This document shows positions 8,669 through 18,208 of a stretch of DNA of 64,000 nucleotides, in pieces. The DNA is taken from the NCBI GenBank assembly GCA_945907755.1, contig CAMDTN010000002.1, positions 55 through 64,054 of the forward strand. The letters run 5' to 3'. The notes under the pieces are model-generated. The model did no database searches. It was not told the origin of the DNA and was given only the letters and a program-made list of their open reading frames with translations. Within the stretch, counting starts at the first letter, position 1; the number at the start of each line of letters is the position of its first letter. Source of the DNA: Singulisphaera sp. GP187. Its GTDB lineage: Bacteria; Planctomycetota; GCA-002687715. The position numbers were made by a program, and so were the translations under genes.

Positions 8669-10428
8669 CGGGCGGCTGGGGAAATGATGGCGTGGTAGCG
8701 GCCCGGTTGGAGGTCGCCCACTTCTGTGATGCTGCCGCCGGGCCAAGTCACGCGCAAACTCGCGGGCCCTTTGGCGTTGCCGAGGCCGAAGTGCAAGCGC
8801 GGGTCGGAAGTGGACAAGAAGCCGCCACCCCAAGTGCGTTGGCGCACGCGCACCACGCCTGTGGAATCCGTCAGGGTCAGCAGTGTGCCGATGGCTTCGC
8901 GGTTGCCGCCGGGCCCAGTGAGTGCGAAGCCAATCCATGCGCCATCAGAGCGCGTGTCGTTGCGCACCAAAGTGACGCGCTCATCCATTTCGGTGATGAG
9001 CAGATCGTGGTCGCCGTCGTCGTCGAAATCTGCCGCCAACAATCCTCGGCTGCACGAGCGCTTCAAGAACGCGTCGCCGGGCGGGGATTGGCGTTCAGCA
9101 AACTGCGTCATGCCGCGGGGCCCGATGGCACCCATGTTCTCGAACACCTGATTCTCTTGGGCGTAAGTAGTGCCCACATCGGCGCCATCAACTTGCGGAT
9201 AAACATGCCCCGAAACCACCACGATGTCTTCATCGCCGTCGCGGTCTAAATCCAACAGGCGCGTGCCCCATGAGAGTTTGGAGTAGCTCGGCGTGCCCAA
9301 TTTCATGGCGAAGGTGGTGTCGCTGAAAAACAAGCGCCCATCGGCCGTGCGGCTGCCACGGCGCATGGTGTTGGTGTCGTGGCTGAAGTTGGTGACGAAA
9401 AAATCGAAGCGTCCGTCGTTGTCGACATCGCCGGCATCAACACCCATGCCGGATTGCGCGCGCCCATCTTCGTTGCGGTCGGCAGCGCACTCCAGCGCGC
9501 ATTCGGTGAAATGCCCGCCTTCATTCAGGAACAAGAAGTTGGCCGCAGAATCGTTGATGACAAGGAGGTCTGTGTCGGCGTCGCCATCGAAGTCCGCCGC
9601 AAGTGTGCCCAACGCGTAGCTGGGGGGTGCGGTGAAGCCGCGTGCTTCGGTGGCTTCGACCAGAACACCATCACGGTTTTCATAGAAGTGATCTGGTGCT
9701 GGCGTGGTGCCTAGTGGCCCGCAGGAAACAGCGAGCCCACGCCACGAGCACGGCTTACCGCCGTTGGGCGGTTTGGCGGGGTTGTAGTCCACATAATTGC
9801 CCACATACAAATCGAGATCGTTGTCGCCGTCAGCGTCGAAAAACGCGGCGGCGGTGGAGGGCCCGGTGTCGGCACCGCCCCAACGCGCACTGGCATCGAC
9901 AAACTTGCCGTTGCCTTGGTTCTCGAACCAAATGTTGGCGCCACCAAACACCGTTAGATACAGGTCGCGGTCGCCATCCGCATCAAAATCCACGGCCCAC
10001 GCACCATGGCACCATGCATTGGTGTTGCAGCCCGCCGCGATAGTGACATCACTGAAACGGAAACCACCATCGTTGCGGTACAGCCGTGAGCCTACGGGGG
10101 AGTGTGGGCTCTGGCCCGGCAGCACATTGCCATTAGCAAGGTACAGATCTAAGTCGCCGTCGTTGTCGTAGTCCAGCGCTGCGGCCCCTTGGCCAATGTT
10201 TTCAGGGATCGCCAATTTATTTTTCGCGCCCGACACAGTCACCAATTGCAAGCCGCTGGCTTCAGGTGGGATTTCAGTGAACAAGAGTTGCGCGTGTGCA
10301 GCTTGCTGCGGCGCGGCGGACTCTGCGGCGCTCGCTGGAATCTGTGCAGTTGGTGCCGCCGCTTTGGGCAGCGCAGCTTCGTCGCTGCAAGCTGCGATGC
10401 AACACAGCAGCACCAGCCAGCGCTTCAT
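8665..10428 (-). CDS. CRTAC1/ASPIC-UnbV family lipoprotein with FG-GAP/VCBS repeats
   Basis: Lipobox LLCCIAAC. Repeated DxDGDxD calcium-binding FG-GAP motifs (DYDNDGDLDLY, DFDADGDRDLY, DADGDNDLDLY) and C-terminal UnbV_ASPIC-like region. ATGA overlap with upstream gene. Confidence 0.65.
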   Translation of the reverse strand: MKRWLVLLCCIAACSDEAALPKAAAPTAQIPASAAESAAPQQAAHAQLLFTEIPPEASGLQLVTVSGAKNKLAIPENIGQGAAALDYDNDGDLDLYLANGNVLPGQSPHSPVGSRLYRNDGGFRFSDVTIAAGCNTNAWCHGAWAVDFDADGDRDLYLTVFGGANIWFENQGNGKFVDASARWGGADTGPSTAAAFFDADGDNDLDLYVGNYVDYNPAKPPNGGKPCSWRGLAVSCGPLGTTPAPDHFYENRDGVLVEATEARGFTAPPSYALGTLAADFDGDADTDLLVINDSAANFLFLNEGGHFTECALECAADRNEDGRAQSGMGVDAGDVDNDGRFDFFVTNFSHDTNTMRRGSRTADGRLFFSDTTFAMKLGTPSYSKLSWGTRLLDLDRDGDEDIVVVSGHVYPQVDGADVGTTYAQENQVFENMGAIGPRGMTQFAERQSPPGDAFLKRSCSRGLLAADFDDDGDHDLLITEMDERVTLVRNDTRSDGAWIGFALTGPGGNREAIGTLLTLTDSTGVVRVRQRTWGGGFLSTSDPRLHFGLGNAKGPASLRVTWPGGSITEVGDLQPGRYHAIISPAAR

Positions 10429-11978
10429 TTGCCCACGAACGCGCACTTACCGCCGGTGATGCGGGCAAGGCCAGTCATTAGCGTCGCGAGGCCCTGTTCC
10501 TCTTCCATGCCGATGGCGTTCACCACCATCTTGGCGGTCTTATTCCACTTCTCCACCTCTTCGAGGATGGTTGGAATGTCGGTGACTTGACCTTCTGTGG
10601 GCGCGCCGTCGGACAAGAAGAAGCAGGTGTCCCAACCGGGTTTGGGCCCGCTGGGTTGGCCTCCGCCCGTGGTGCCGCCCAGTGCTGCAATTGTGCGCTT
10701 TTGGACAAGCCCATAAGCCACGCGCAACGCAGCGTAGGTGTTGGTGCGGCCCGTCATGGTGCCGTCGCTGGACAGTTGCCCCGGTGGGCGAGATTTCTGC
10801 CCTTGGATCCAACGAATGGCCAACTGCACCGTGCCTGGGTTTGCGGTCACAGCATCGGGCTGCCACACGCGCACATCGGATTCGAAAGCCACAATGTTGA
10901 ACTTGGTACCCACATCGAGACTGCGCAGACATGCGGCCAATTCTTCGCGAGCCACTGCCAACTTTGCTGTGCCGCCGCTGTGCACATCGTTGCCAGCGCG
11001 GTTCTTACCGGCCTTCAACAGAATGTGCGTTTCCATGGACGACGACACATCGATGACAAAGATGATGTGTTTGCTAGGCGTGGGGATGCCGTGGTACTCG
11101 GGCACCTTGCGGCCATAACCATCCTTCGCAGCCTTGACGGCTTCGGCCTTCAGATTCTTGGGTGGCGGCGGCGTCCAAGTGGTTTGGATGCGCTCCCACC
11201 AGTCTTTCCACTTCACTGAATCAAACTCGAAGTCTTGATCGGTGGTGGCTTGCAACACGCGTTTGCATTCAAACTGCGGGCGGCCTTCAGACTTGCCCAA
11301 GTAGTCGATCAAGAAGGGCACTGATTCTTTGGTGCGCCCGGCACCCAGTGCATTCACTGCGGCGAGTTGCAGGCGCCAGTTGGATGAATCCAACAGCGGA
11401 GCAAGGGCCGCTACAACTTCGGTGCCCGCTGCCAGCACGCTCAGTGCGTCGGCGGCAGCAATGGCCACGTCGCTGGATTTATCGGCGAGTGCCTTGCACA
11501 AGGCAGGGATGGACTCTTTGTGCCCTAGTTGGCTCAAGGTTTCAGCACAAGCGCTGCGGACATCAGCGTCGCGGTCCAAGCCCAGCATGGCGATGATGCG
11601 GCTATACGGAAATTCGCTCCAGCTTTTCTGGCCAGCGAGGCCCAACACGATGCCGGCGCGCACAGTGCCTTTGGTGTGTTGCAAGGCGGCCAGCAACGCG
11701 TTGCGGGCTTCGGCAGATTCATATTTCGCGACGGTGCGCACTGCGCGGTCGGACACGCGCGAATCGCCATCCAACAGCCCCTTGCTGATGAGCAGATTGA
11801 CCGAATCCGCCGTCTGCGAGCGCCCGAGGCGTTCGACTTGCTCGGCGCGGACCATGGCTTCAGGGTCGCCGATGTATTGGCGGAACTCCGTCAGGATGGG
11901 GTCGTCAGGTTTTTTCACCTGGGCGCACAACGCGGCAGCTACGCCGAACACAAACAACATTGCGGTGAGGTTGCGCAT
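10425..11978 (-). CDS. HEAT-repeat plus von Willebrand factor A (VWA) domain protein
   Basis: N-terminal PBS-lyase/HEAT-like repeats (LGLDRDADVRSACAETLSQLG...). C-terminal VWA domain with MIDAS motif IFVIDVSSSM and FFLSDGAPTEG. Confidence 0.6.
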   Translation of the reverse strand: MRNLTAMLFVFGVAAALCAQVKKPDDPILTEFRQYIGDPEAMVRAEQVERLGRSQTADSVNLLISKGLLDGDSRVSDRAVRTVAKYESAEARNALLAALQHTKGTVRAGIVLGLAGQKSWSEFPYSRIIAMLGLDRDADVRSACAETLSQLGHKESIPALCKALADKSSDVAIAAADALSVLAAGTEVVAALAPLLDSSNWRLQLAAVNALGAGRTKESVPFLIDYLGKSEGRPQFECKRVLQATTDQDFEFDSVKWKDWWERIQTTWTPPPPKNLKAEAVKAAKDGYGRKVPEYHGIPTPSKHIIFVIDVSSSMETHILLKAGKNRAGNDVHSGGTAKLAVAREELAACLRSLDVGTKFNIVAFESDVRVWQPDAVTANPGTVQLAIRWIQGQKSRPPGQLSSDGTMTGRTNTYAALRVAYGLVQKRTIAALGGTTGGGQPSGPKPGWDTCFFLSDGAPTEGQVTDIPTILEEVEKWNKTAKMVVNAIGMEEEQGLATLMTGLARITGGKCAFVGK

Positions 11979-13117
11979 TATTTTGTCGCGTAATTCTTCA
12001 GCACCCAAGCGCGCCAATTCTCGTGGAAGGCAGCCATGGAAATGCCGTAGGCCTCGTCCAGCGCGGCCTTGGTGTCGTTCTTGCGCTTCATCACAGCGAA
12101 GAAGGTCTTGAATTTCTCCGGCTCGCTCTTGATCAGGTAATCCACAAACGCCCAGCCGTGGGCGCGGTCGCGATAGGTGAGCCGATCCAAGTCGCGCGTG
12201 GTCACTGCAGCGAAATTGTCCTCATCACGCCCAAAAACCTCGCCGTACATCTTCTTTTTCCAATCGGCGTCCATCCACGAATCTTTGGCTTGCACTTCTT
12301 GGAAGCAATAGGTGCGCTGCTTGCCGGATTGTTCGCGTTCGAACCAGTGGGCCATGCCTTCGTCCAACCACGGCGCCAACTTCATTTGGAAGGCGATGGA
12401 TGACTGCACCAACAAGTGCGCTGCGTTGTGCGTGGTGTGACCGTGATAACCCTCGTCGCTGTCCATGCCGCCAATCGGATCAGGCCACTGCACCACTTGA
12501 CCCGCCATTCCATAGAAGCGGAAAGTGCTGCGGCGTCCGCCTCCCATCTTCACCAAAGTCAGCTTGTTGTTCTCTTCGCCGCTATCGGTGAAGTAAACGG
12601 ATTGCTTCTGCGCTGGCAGCGTGCCAGTGACTTTCTCAAACTTCGTAGCCACGTCTTCGCAGCGCTTGATAAACACATGCGAGGCTTTGTTGCGGCCCAG
12701 AGTTTCGTTGCCGATGCGCCAGCGCGGAATGGACCAGCGCGCCATGAAATGGTCGGTCTCCACATTCACAAACTGGATGGCACAGTCTTTGCCCCACTCG
12801 GATTGTGTGTCCACCCACTGGGCGCGCATGGCTTTCTCTGCTTCCAGCGTGGCAAAGGCATTGGCATCTTTGCAACTATGGCAGGGAATCTTCATGGTGC
12901 CGCGGCAGCAGGGAGCGCGGTAAACAACATCGCAGTGATGCGGCGTGGTCATGCCGCACATCTTCTTGGAGTCGTGGTCTTTGCCGGTGCAGGGCAACAG
13001 GCCGGTGGCTTTGCATGTGCCGCAGGAGAGTTTGGGGATGCCCTGCGCATGCAGCGGCGGTGCTGCCAACAGCAGCAGTGCAAGCAAGATCAAAGAGATG
13101 TGCAACCTAGCAAGCAT
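11978..13117 (-). CDS. Secreted Cys-rich protein with degenerate zincin-like (HExxH to HNxxH) domain; hypothetical
   Basis: Signal peptide MLARLHISLILLALLLLAAPPLHAQ, an 8-Cys N-terminal module, then THNAAHLL ... WLDEGMAHWFE arranged like a gluzincin motif with Asn replacing the catalytic Glu. Confidence 0.4.
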   Translation of the reverse strand: MLARLHISLILLALLLLAAPPLHAQGIPKLSCGTCKATGLLPCTGKDHDSKKMCGMTTPHHCDVVYRAPCCRGTMKIPCHSCKDANAFATLEAEKAMRAQWVDTQSEWGKDCAIQFVNVETDHFMARWSIPRWRIGNETLGRNKASHVFIKRCEDVATKFEKVTGTLPAQKQSVYFTDSGEENNKLTLVKMGGGRRSTFRFYGMAGQVVQWPDPIGGMDSDEGYHGHTTHNAAHLLVQSSIAFQMKLAPWLDEGMAHWFEREQSGKQRTYCFQEVQAKDSWMDADWKKKMYGEVFGRDEDNFAAVTTRDLDRLTYRDRAHGWAFVDYLIKSEPEKFKTFFAVMKRKNDTKAALDEAYGISMAAFHENWRAWVLKNYATK

Positions 13118-13131
13118 GGTGGCTCCGTTGT

Positions 13132-14133
13132 TTACGGTGGCGAAAGGCCCAAACTCTTGAGCGCTTCGTCGACGAGTTGGTCGGAGGTGATGCCCGCCGC
13201 CTCGCCTTCGAAGTTCAAGATCAGACGGTGCCGCAAGGTTGGATGAGCGCAGGCGCTGAGGTCTGCGAGGTCGACATGGCCGCGGCCAGCGCGCAAGGCG
13301 ATGACCTTCGCGCATAGAACCAATGCTTGGCCTGCGCGGGGCGACGCGCCGTAACGCACGAAACGGCGCACGCCTTCTGGGGCTTTGGCTTCGCGCGGGT
13401 GTGTCGCCAGCACCAATGCTGCGGTGAGATCGCGCAGTTGCGGAGCCACGATGACTTCGCGGGCCAAGGCGCGCATCTCCAGCAAGCGGGCTGCATCCAA
13501 GCAAGGCGTGATGCGCGCTGCGGCGCGGCCCGTGGTCAGATCGATGACCCGCGCCAAATCAGCGTGTTTGGGAAACGGCACCAGCACCTTCATCAAGAAG
13601 CGGTCGAGCTGCGCTTCGGGAAGGGGATAAGTGCCTTCCATCTCGATGGGGTTTTGCGTGGCCAGCACAAAGAATGGATCGGGCAGGGCGTGGCGGATGC
13701 CAGCCACAGTGACGCCGCCTTCTTGCATGGCTTCGAGCAGTGCCGACTGCGTCTTGGGCGTGGCGCGGTTGATTTCGTCGGCCAGCAAGATGTTGGTGAA
13801 CACCGGGCCGCGCTGGAAACGGAAGGCGCGCTGCCCGCCTTCTTCCACCACGATGTTGGTGCCAGTGATATCCGCGGGCATCAAATCTGGTGTGAACTGC
13901 ACTCTGGAGAACTGCAAATGCAGAGCGTCGGCCAGCGTGCGCACTAACAGCGTCTTGCCTAAGCCCGGTGCGCCCTCCAGCAACACATGCCCGCCCGCCA
14001 CCAACGCCGTAACCACTTGGGCGACGACGGCGTCTTGGCCCAGCACCACGCTTTGCAACGCTTGGGTGAGCTCGTCAATACTGCGGCGGTAGTTGGCCAC
14101 CTCAGATTCAATTTCAGCGAGTTGTCGGGACAT
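13132..14133 (-). CDS. MoxR-family AAA+ ATPase
   Basis: Walker A EGAPGLGKT, Walker B ILLADEINR, and sensor regions typical of MoxR (333 aa). Confidence 0.8.
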   Translation of the reverse strand: MSRQLAEIESEVANYRRSIDELTQALQSVVLGQDAVVAQVVTALVAGGHVLLEGAPGLGKTLLVRTLADALHLQFSRVQFTPDLMPADITGTNIVVEEGGQRAFRFQRGPVFTNILLADEINRATPKTQSALLEAMQEGGVTVAGIRHALPDPFFVLATQNPIEMEGTYPLPEAQLDRFLMKVLVPFPKHADLARVIDLTTGRAAARITPCLDAARLLEMRALAREVIVAPQLRDLTAALVLATHPREAKAPEGVRRFVRYGASPRAGQALVLCAKVIALRAGRGHVDLADLSACAHPTLRHRLILNFEGEAAGITSDQLVDEALKSLGLSPP

Positions 14134-14160
14134 AGGCGGGGGCAGGTGCGGTTAGGGCCA

Positions 14161-15576
14161 TCAGGATAACGGATGGGCACCCTGTCCGATGAGGCTGCTT
14201 CGCAGCGCCCCGGCCAAGTAAAGCGAGCCGACCACAAGCAAGAGGCCCCCGGCGGATTGGGTTTGGGCGTGTCTCAAGGCATCTAAGGGGGCTGGCACTG
14301 TGTGGATTGCGGGGGTTCGCAGGCTGGCTTCAAGGGCTGCGGCCAGTTGTGCCGCAGGCAGAGCCCGCGGCCCCGGGATGGTGGTCGCGGTGATGCTCTG
14401 GCAGGCGCGTAGCGCTGCGAACACCGTTGCTGGGCCGCGCTCCGCGGTCAATCCCACCAGCGCATGCACCGGGCGGCCCGCAGCCAATCTCTGCGCTACT
14501 TGCAGCACTGCTTCGACGCTCTCTGCGGTGTGGGCGCCGTCCAGCAGGACCGGAGCGGTGTTAGCGCCCTCGCGCGGCGGAAACCATTCGGCCCGGGCGG
14601 GGAGTTTCGCGCTGCGCAGCGCGTTGCGCGCCGCATCAACATCGAACCGCTTTCCCAAGTGCGCGAGCATCAATGCGGCGCCCCCGATGGCTAACAGCGC
14701 ATTCATGGCTTGGTGTTCCGAGCCCGCTTGCAATTCCACACCCTTCAACGCAATCCCAGCGGCCACGCCGTCGAAGCGCAGCCCCGGCGCGCCATCATCG
14801 AAGGTGAAATACTCGCAGCGCGAAACTCTGAAATGATCGCCAGCGTGCAGCAGTGGTGCCAGCAGCGCAGCGGCTGTGCCAGCAATGGTGCTGAAGCCGG
14901 CATCTGCGTTCGTCAGTCCTATCAGCACTGGCGTGGATGCCTTGATGATGCCCGCCTTCTCCGCCGCCACCTGCGCGCGGGTGCTGCCTAAAAGTTGCGT
15001 GTGGTCCAGACCAATGCTTGTGATCACCGCTGCCACAGGCCGCACCACATTGGTGGCGTCCAAGCGTCCGCCTAGTCCCACTTCCAGCACCGAGCAATCG
15101 GCGTGCAGCGCGTGCAAGAAGCCCATGGCTGTGGTGGCTTCAAAAAATGTTGGCAGCAATTCTGGCTGCTGCGTGCGCACCGCTTCCACCGGCCCGCGCA
15201 GTTGATCTGCCAGTGCCGCGAAGTCAGCGTCGCCAATATCGCTGCCATTCAGTTGCAGGCGCTCGTGCACGCGCTCCACATGGGGCGACAGATAACGGAA
15301 CACTTTCACCCCGTGGGCTTGCAGAATCGCCGCCGCGTAGCAGGCCGTACTGCTCTTGCCTTTAGTGCCGGTGATATGCAGGCAGGGGCGCTGCATTTCT
15401 GGATTCCCCAAAGCACGCAGCAGATGCTGGATGCGCTGCAGGCCAAAGCACCCTGCGCCTGCTGGCGCAGAGTTCTTGGCGGGCTTCAACTGTTCCCAAT
15501 CGGTGAAAGTGCCAAGCCACGCCATGGCCGCAGCAAAGCTGCGCTGCGTTTCGTCGTTGCTGTCCGCGGTGCTCAC
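14161..15576 (-). CDS. folC: Bifunctional folylpolyglutamate synthase / dihydrofolate synthase
   Basis: Mur-ligase family motifs: ITGTKGKSST and EVGLGGRLDATNV. Confidence 0.75.
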   Translation of the reverse strand: MSTADSNDETQRSFAAAMAWLGTFTDWEQLKPAKNSAPAGAGCFGLQRIQHLLRALGNPEMQRPCLHITGTKGKSSTACYAAAILQAHGVKVFRYLSPHVERVHERLQLNGSDIGDADFAALADQLRGPVEAVRTQQPELLPTFFEATTAMGFLHALHADCSVLEVGLGGRLDATNVVRPVAAVITSIGLDHTQLLGSTRAQVAAEKAGIIKASTPVLIGLTNADAGFSTIAGTAAALLAPLLHAGDHFRVSRCEYFTFDDGAPGLRFDGVAAGIALKGVELQAGSEHQAMNALLAIGGAALMLAHLGKRFDVDAARNALRSAKLPARAEWFPPREGANTAPVLLDGAHTAESVEAVLQVAQRLAAGRPVHALVGLTAERGPATVFAALRACQSITATTIPGPRALPAAQLAAALEASLRTPAIHTVPAPLDALRHAQTQSAGGLLLVVGSLYLAGALRSSLIGQGAHPLS

Positions 15577-15714
15577 CCGCGCAGCTTAGACCGTTGCGGC
15601 GGACAATCACGGAGGCCCTTAGCCGCTTGCACCTCGATGCAAGAGTGAATCTCGTCGCAGAGGCACCGTGGGCAGCAATCCAGTGTAGGCTTCCGAAACG
15701 CGCCGGAGGCGCAC

Positions 15715-16926
15715 GTGCGCATGGAGCGGTGGATGGTGCTGCGACTTGTGTTTCTTGCATTGGCCCTTGGCGCAGGCTGGTGGGCGCTGGGGCAGCGCGC
15801 CGTCACGGAACAAGGTGCCGTAGTTGCAGGCGCCAACGGAACTGCTGCGGCGAGCAAATCGGTTGCGGTGATTCCATGGGACCCCCAGCGCCGCAACATC
15901 GAGCAATTGTTGTTCTCGCGCTCGGATGAAGCGGTGTTGCGCGGCCTCGTGTTTCTTGGATCTATTGCCGCCGAGCGGCCTCACGCGCATTTCGCAATGG
16001 ACCCGGAACCCGCGGGGCGCTGGCGCTCCATCGAGGCAGCAGAACTGCGCAACAGCGGCACCGCGTTGATGGGGCAACCGGTTGTGCTGTATGGCCGCGT
16101 GACGCGCTTTGCACAAGAAGGCAGCGGCCCCACGAGCGAGGTGACCTGCTTGCAACAGTTGGAAGTGGAATGCGCCGACGGCAGCGTGTTGGTGCGCTTC
16201 AGCGGCCTCGATGAGGCGCTGCTGCCGCTGGGCACGCGAGTGCGCATCGAAGCCATTGCTGCTGGCGTGACGGTGCGCGGCACGCAGGTGGCATTACTCG
16301 CCGGTGTCACTGCTGCGATATCAGAACCCGTGCGCGTGCAACGCGGCGATGTCACAGCGCTGCGGCAGAAAGCGCGCGTGTGCGCCGAGCTGGCTCCTGA
16401 GCGAGCAGTCTTAGGCGACCCAGGTTTCTCAAACGCATTAGGGCACGCCCTGTGGGTGGGGCGCCAGCCGACTGCGCACCAAGCAGACGCTGCATGGCCG
16501 TCGGAAGTGCACGAGGGTGTGGTGATCTTCGATGAAGCGGCGCCGCTGCTTCATGGCCAAGACCCGCAGTCTCAGGTGCGCGGCGTGCGGCATCTCGTCA
16601 TGGATGTTGACGGCGCAAGGGTGTCGGTGGTAATCGCGGATGCCCTTGTCGGGACTGAGAGCTGGGCAGGGCGCAACATTCGTGTGCGCGCTTTGCCCTG
16701 GCGCGAGCATGTTTGGCCGCAGGCAGGCGTTGGATCGGATGCGCACACGAGCATGGTGCCACTGCTGATAGCGCTGTCCGCCCCAGAATTAGCGGAGGGC
16801 GCGGCATGGGCCACGGCCGCGGTGCGCAGCGCCATTGGCGTTGTCAGCGTGCTCACCATTCTTGTGCTCGCTTGGTCGTGGTGGCGTGACCGTCGTTCGC
16901 AACGGTGTCACAATGCCGGCGCATGA
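15715..16926 (+). CDS. Hypothetical protein with N- and C-terminal TM helices
   Basis: Long ORF with N-terminal TM (LVFLALALGAGWWALG) and C-terminal TM (IGVVSVLTILVLAWSWW). No recognisable domain. ATGA overlap with aroB. Confidence 0.3.
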   Translation: MRMERWMVLRLVFLALALGAGWWALGQRAVTEQGAVVAGANGTAAASKSVAVIPWDPQRRNIEQLLFSRSDEAVLRGLVFLGSIAAERPHAHFAMDPEPAGRWRSIEAAELRNSGTALMGQPVVLYGRVTRFAQEGSGPTSEVTCLQQLEVECADGSVLVRFSGLDEALLPLGTRVRIEAIAAGVTVRGTQVALLAGVTAAISEPVRVQRGDVTALRQKARVCAELAPERAVLGDPGFSNALGHALWVGRQPTAHQADAAWPSEVHEGVVIFDEAAPLLHGQDPQSQVRGVRHLVMDVDGARVSVVIADALVGTESWAGRNIRVRALPWREHVWPQAGVGSDAHTSMVPLLIALSAPELAEGAAWATAAVRSAIGVVSVLTILVLAWSWWRDRRSQRCHNAGA

Positions 16927-17993
16927 ATAGTCGTTTTGAAATTGTTGTCTCTGACGCCGCGCAGCGCACACAAGTGTTCGTCGGTGAGGGCATTTGTCCA
17001 GCGGACCTTGCCGGGCTGCCCCAAGCAAGCACCGTGCTGCCGCTTGTGGACGCAGGCGTCCCCAGTGCGCACGCGGTGCGCACAGCGGCCTTACTTTCGG
17101 CGTTGGGCCAACGCGTTCTGCCACCGTTGGCATTGCCGTTGGGCGAAGCGGCGAAATCCTTAGATGGTTTTGCAGCGCTAGCTGAAGCTGCGTTGAACAG
17201 TGGCATCGACCGCGACACCCGCGTGGTTGTTGTTGGCGGCGGCGCGACATTGGACTGCGGGCAATTCCTTGCGGCGGTGTTGCTGCGAGGTTTGGATTGC
17301 TGTGTGGTGCCTACGACGCTGCTGGCGCAGGTGGATGCAGGCGTCGGCGGAAAATGTGGGTTGGATGCAGGCCCACGCAAGAATCAGATTGGGGTGATTC
17401 GCCAACCAATCGCGCTGCTGCTGGATACAGGGTTCCTGAGCACGCTGCCGCGTGGCGAAGTTCTTTCGGGCCTCGCCGAGATGGCCAAAGTGGCGCTGCT
17501 TGCGGGCGGCGCGCTGCATGAAGCGATGCATGCTCATGCGCGCAGCGGCGCGGCGTTGCCCTCAAACGCGTTGTTGGCCACGTGCGTCGAATACAAGGTG
17601 CGCGTGGTGGAGCGAGATCCATTCGAGCGCGGTGAACGCATTCTGCTGAACGCGGGCCACACAGTAGGCCACGCGCTTGAAGCGGCGTCGTTGGAAGCTG
17701 GCGTCGTGTTGCCTCACGGGCTGTGTGTGGCGCTGGGTTTGCGCGCAGAAGCGCGTCATTTCGCAGAACAAGGCGCTGCTGCGGTGGAAGCGTTGTTAGA
17801 TGCGCTGGGTTTACCGCGCAGGGTGCCGCAGGGTCTCGACTTGGAGCGCGCAGTGAGTTTCATCGTCGCGGACAAGAAGCGCCGCGGTGCGCAGATGCGC
17901 GTGCCGGTGATCGATGCGCCGGGACAAGTGCGCGTGATGGAATGTGCAGTGAATGACTGCGTGAACGCGCTGCGCACACTCGCTGCTGATTGA
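16923..17993 (+). CDS. aroB: 3-dehydroquinate synthase
   Basis: VVGGGATLDCGQFLAAVLLRGLDCCVVPTTLLAQVDAGVGGK and NAGHTVGHALE are typical of DHQ synthase. Confidence 0.75.
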   Translation: MNSRFEIVVSDAAQRTQVFVGEGICPADLAGLPQASTVLPLVDAGVPSAHAVRTAALLSALGQRVLPPLALPLGEAAKSLDGFAALAEAALNSGIDRDTRVVVVGGGATLDCGQFLAAVLLRGLDCCVVPTTLLAQVDAGVGGKCGLDAGPRKNQIGVIRQPIALLLDTGFLSTLPRGEVLSGLAEMAKVALLAGGALHEAMHAHARSGAALPSNALLATCVEYKVRVVERDPFERGERILLNAGHTVGHALEAASLEAGVVLPHGLCVALGLRAEARHFAEQGAAAVEALLDALGLPRRVPQGLDLERAVSFIVADKKRRGAQMRVPVIDAPGQVRVMECAVNDCVNALRTLAAD

Positions 17994-18208
17994 CGCGCCA
18001 CAGTGCGTGACGATTACTCGCGCAATTGGTGCTGTCTATGTTCGCGACGCCATACGGGCCATTTTCTCGGCGTAGCGTGACTTCTTGCTGTCTCAAGAAA
18101 CAGCACTGTCGGAACGATAGACACTCGTGAAGCAGGCGGTGCGCTTCGCCCACGGCGATGGGCGGCGAGAACCGCAAGGGTCACTCAACCGAGAGAGAGG
18201 TAATCATC

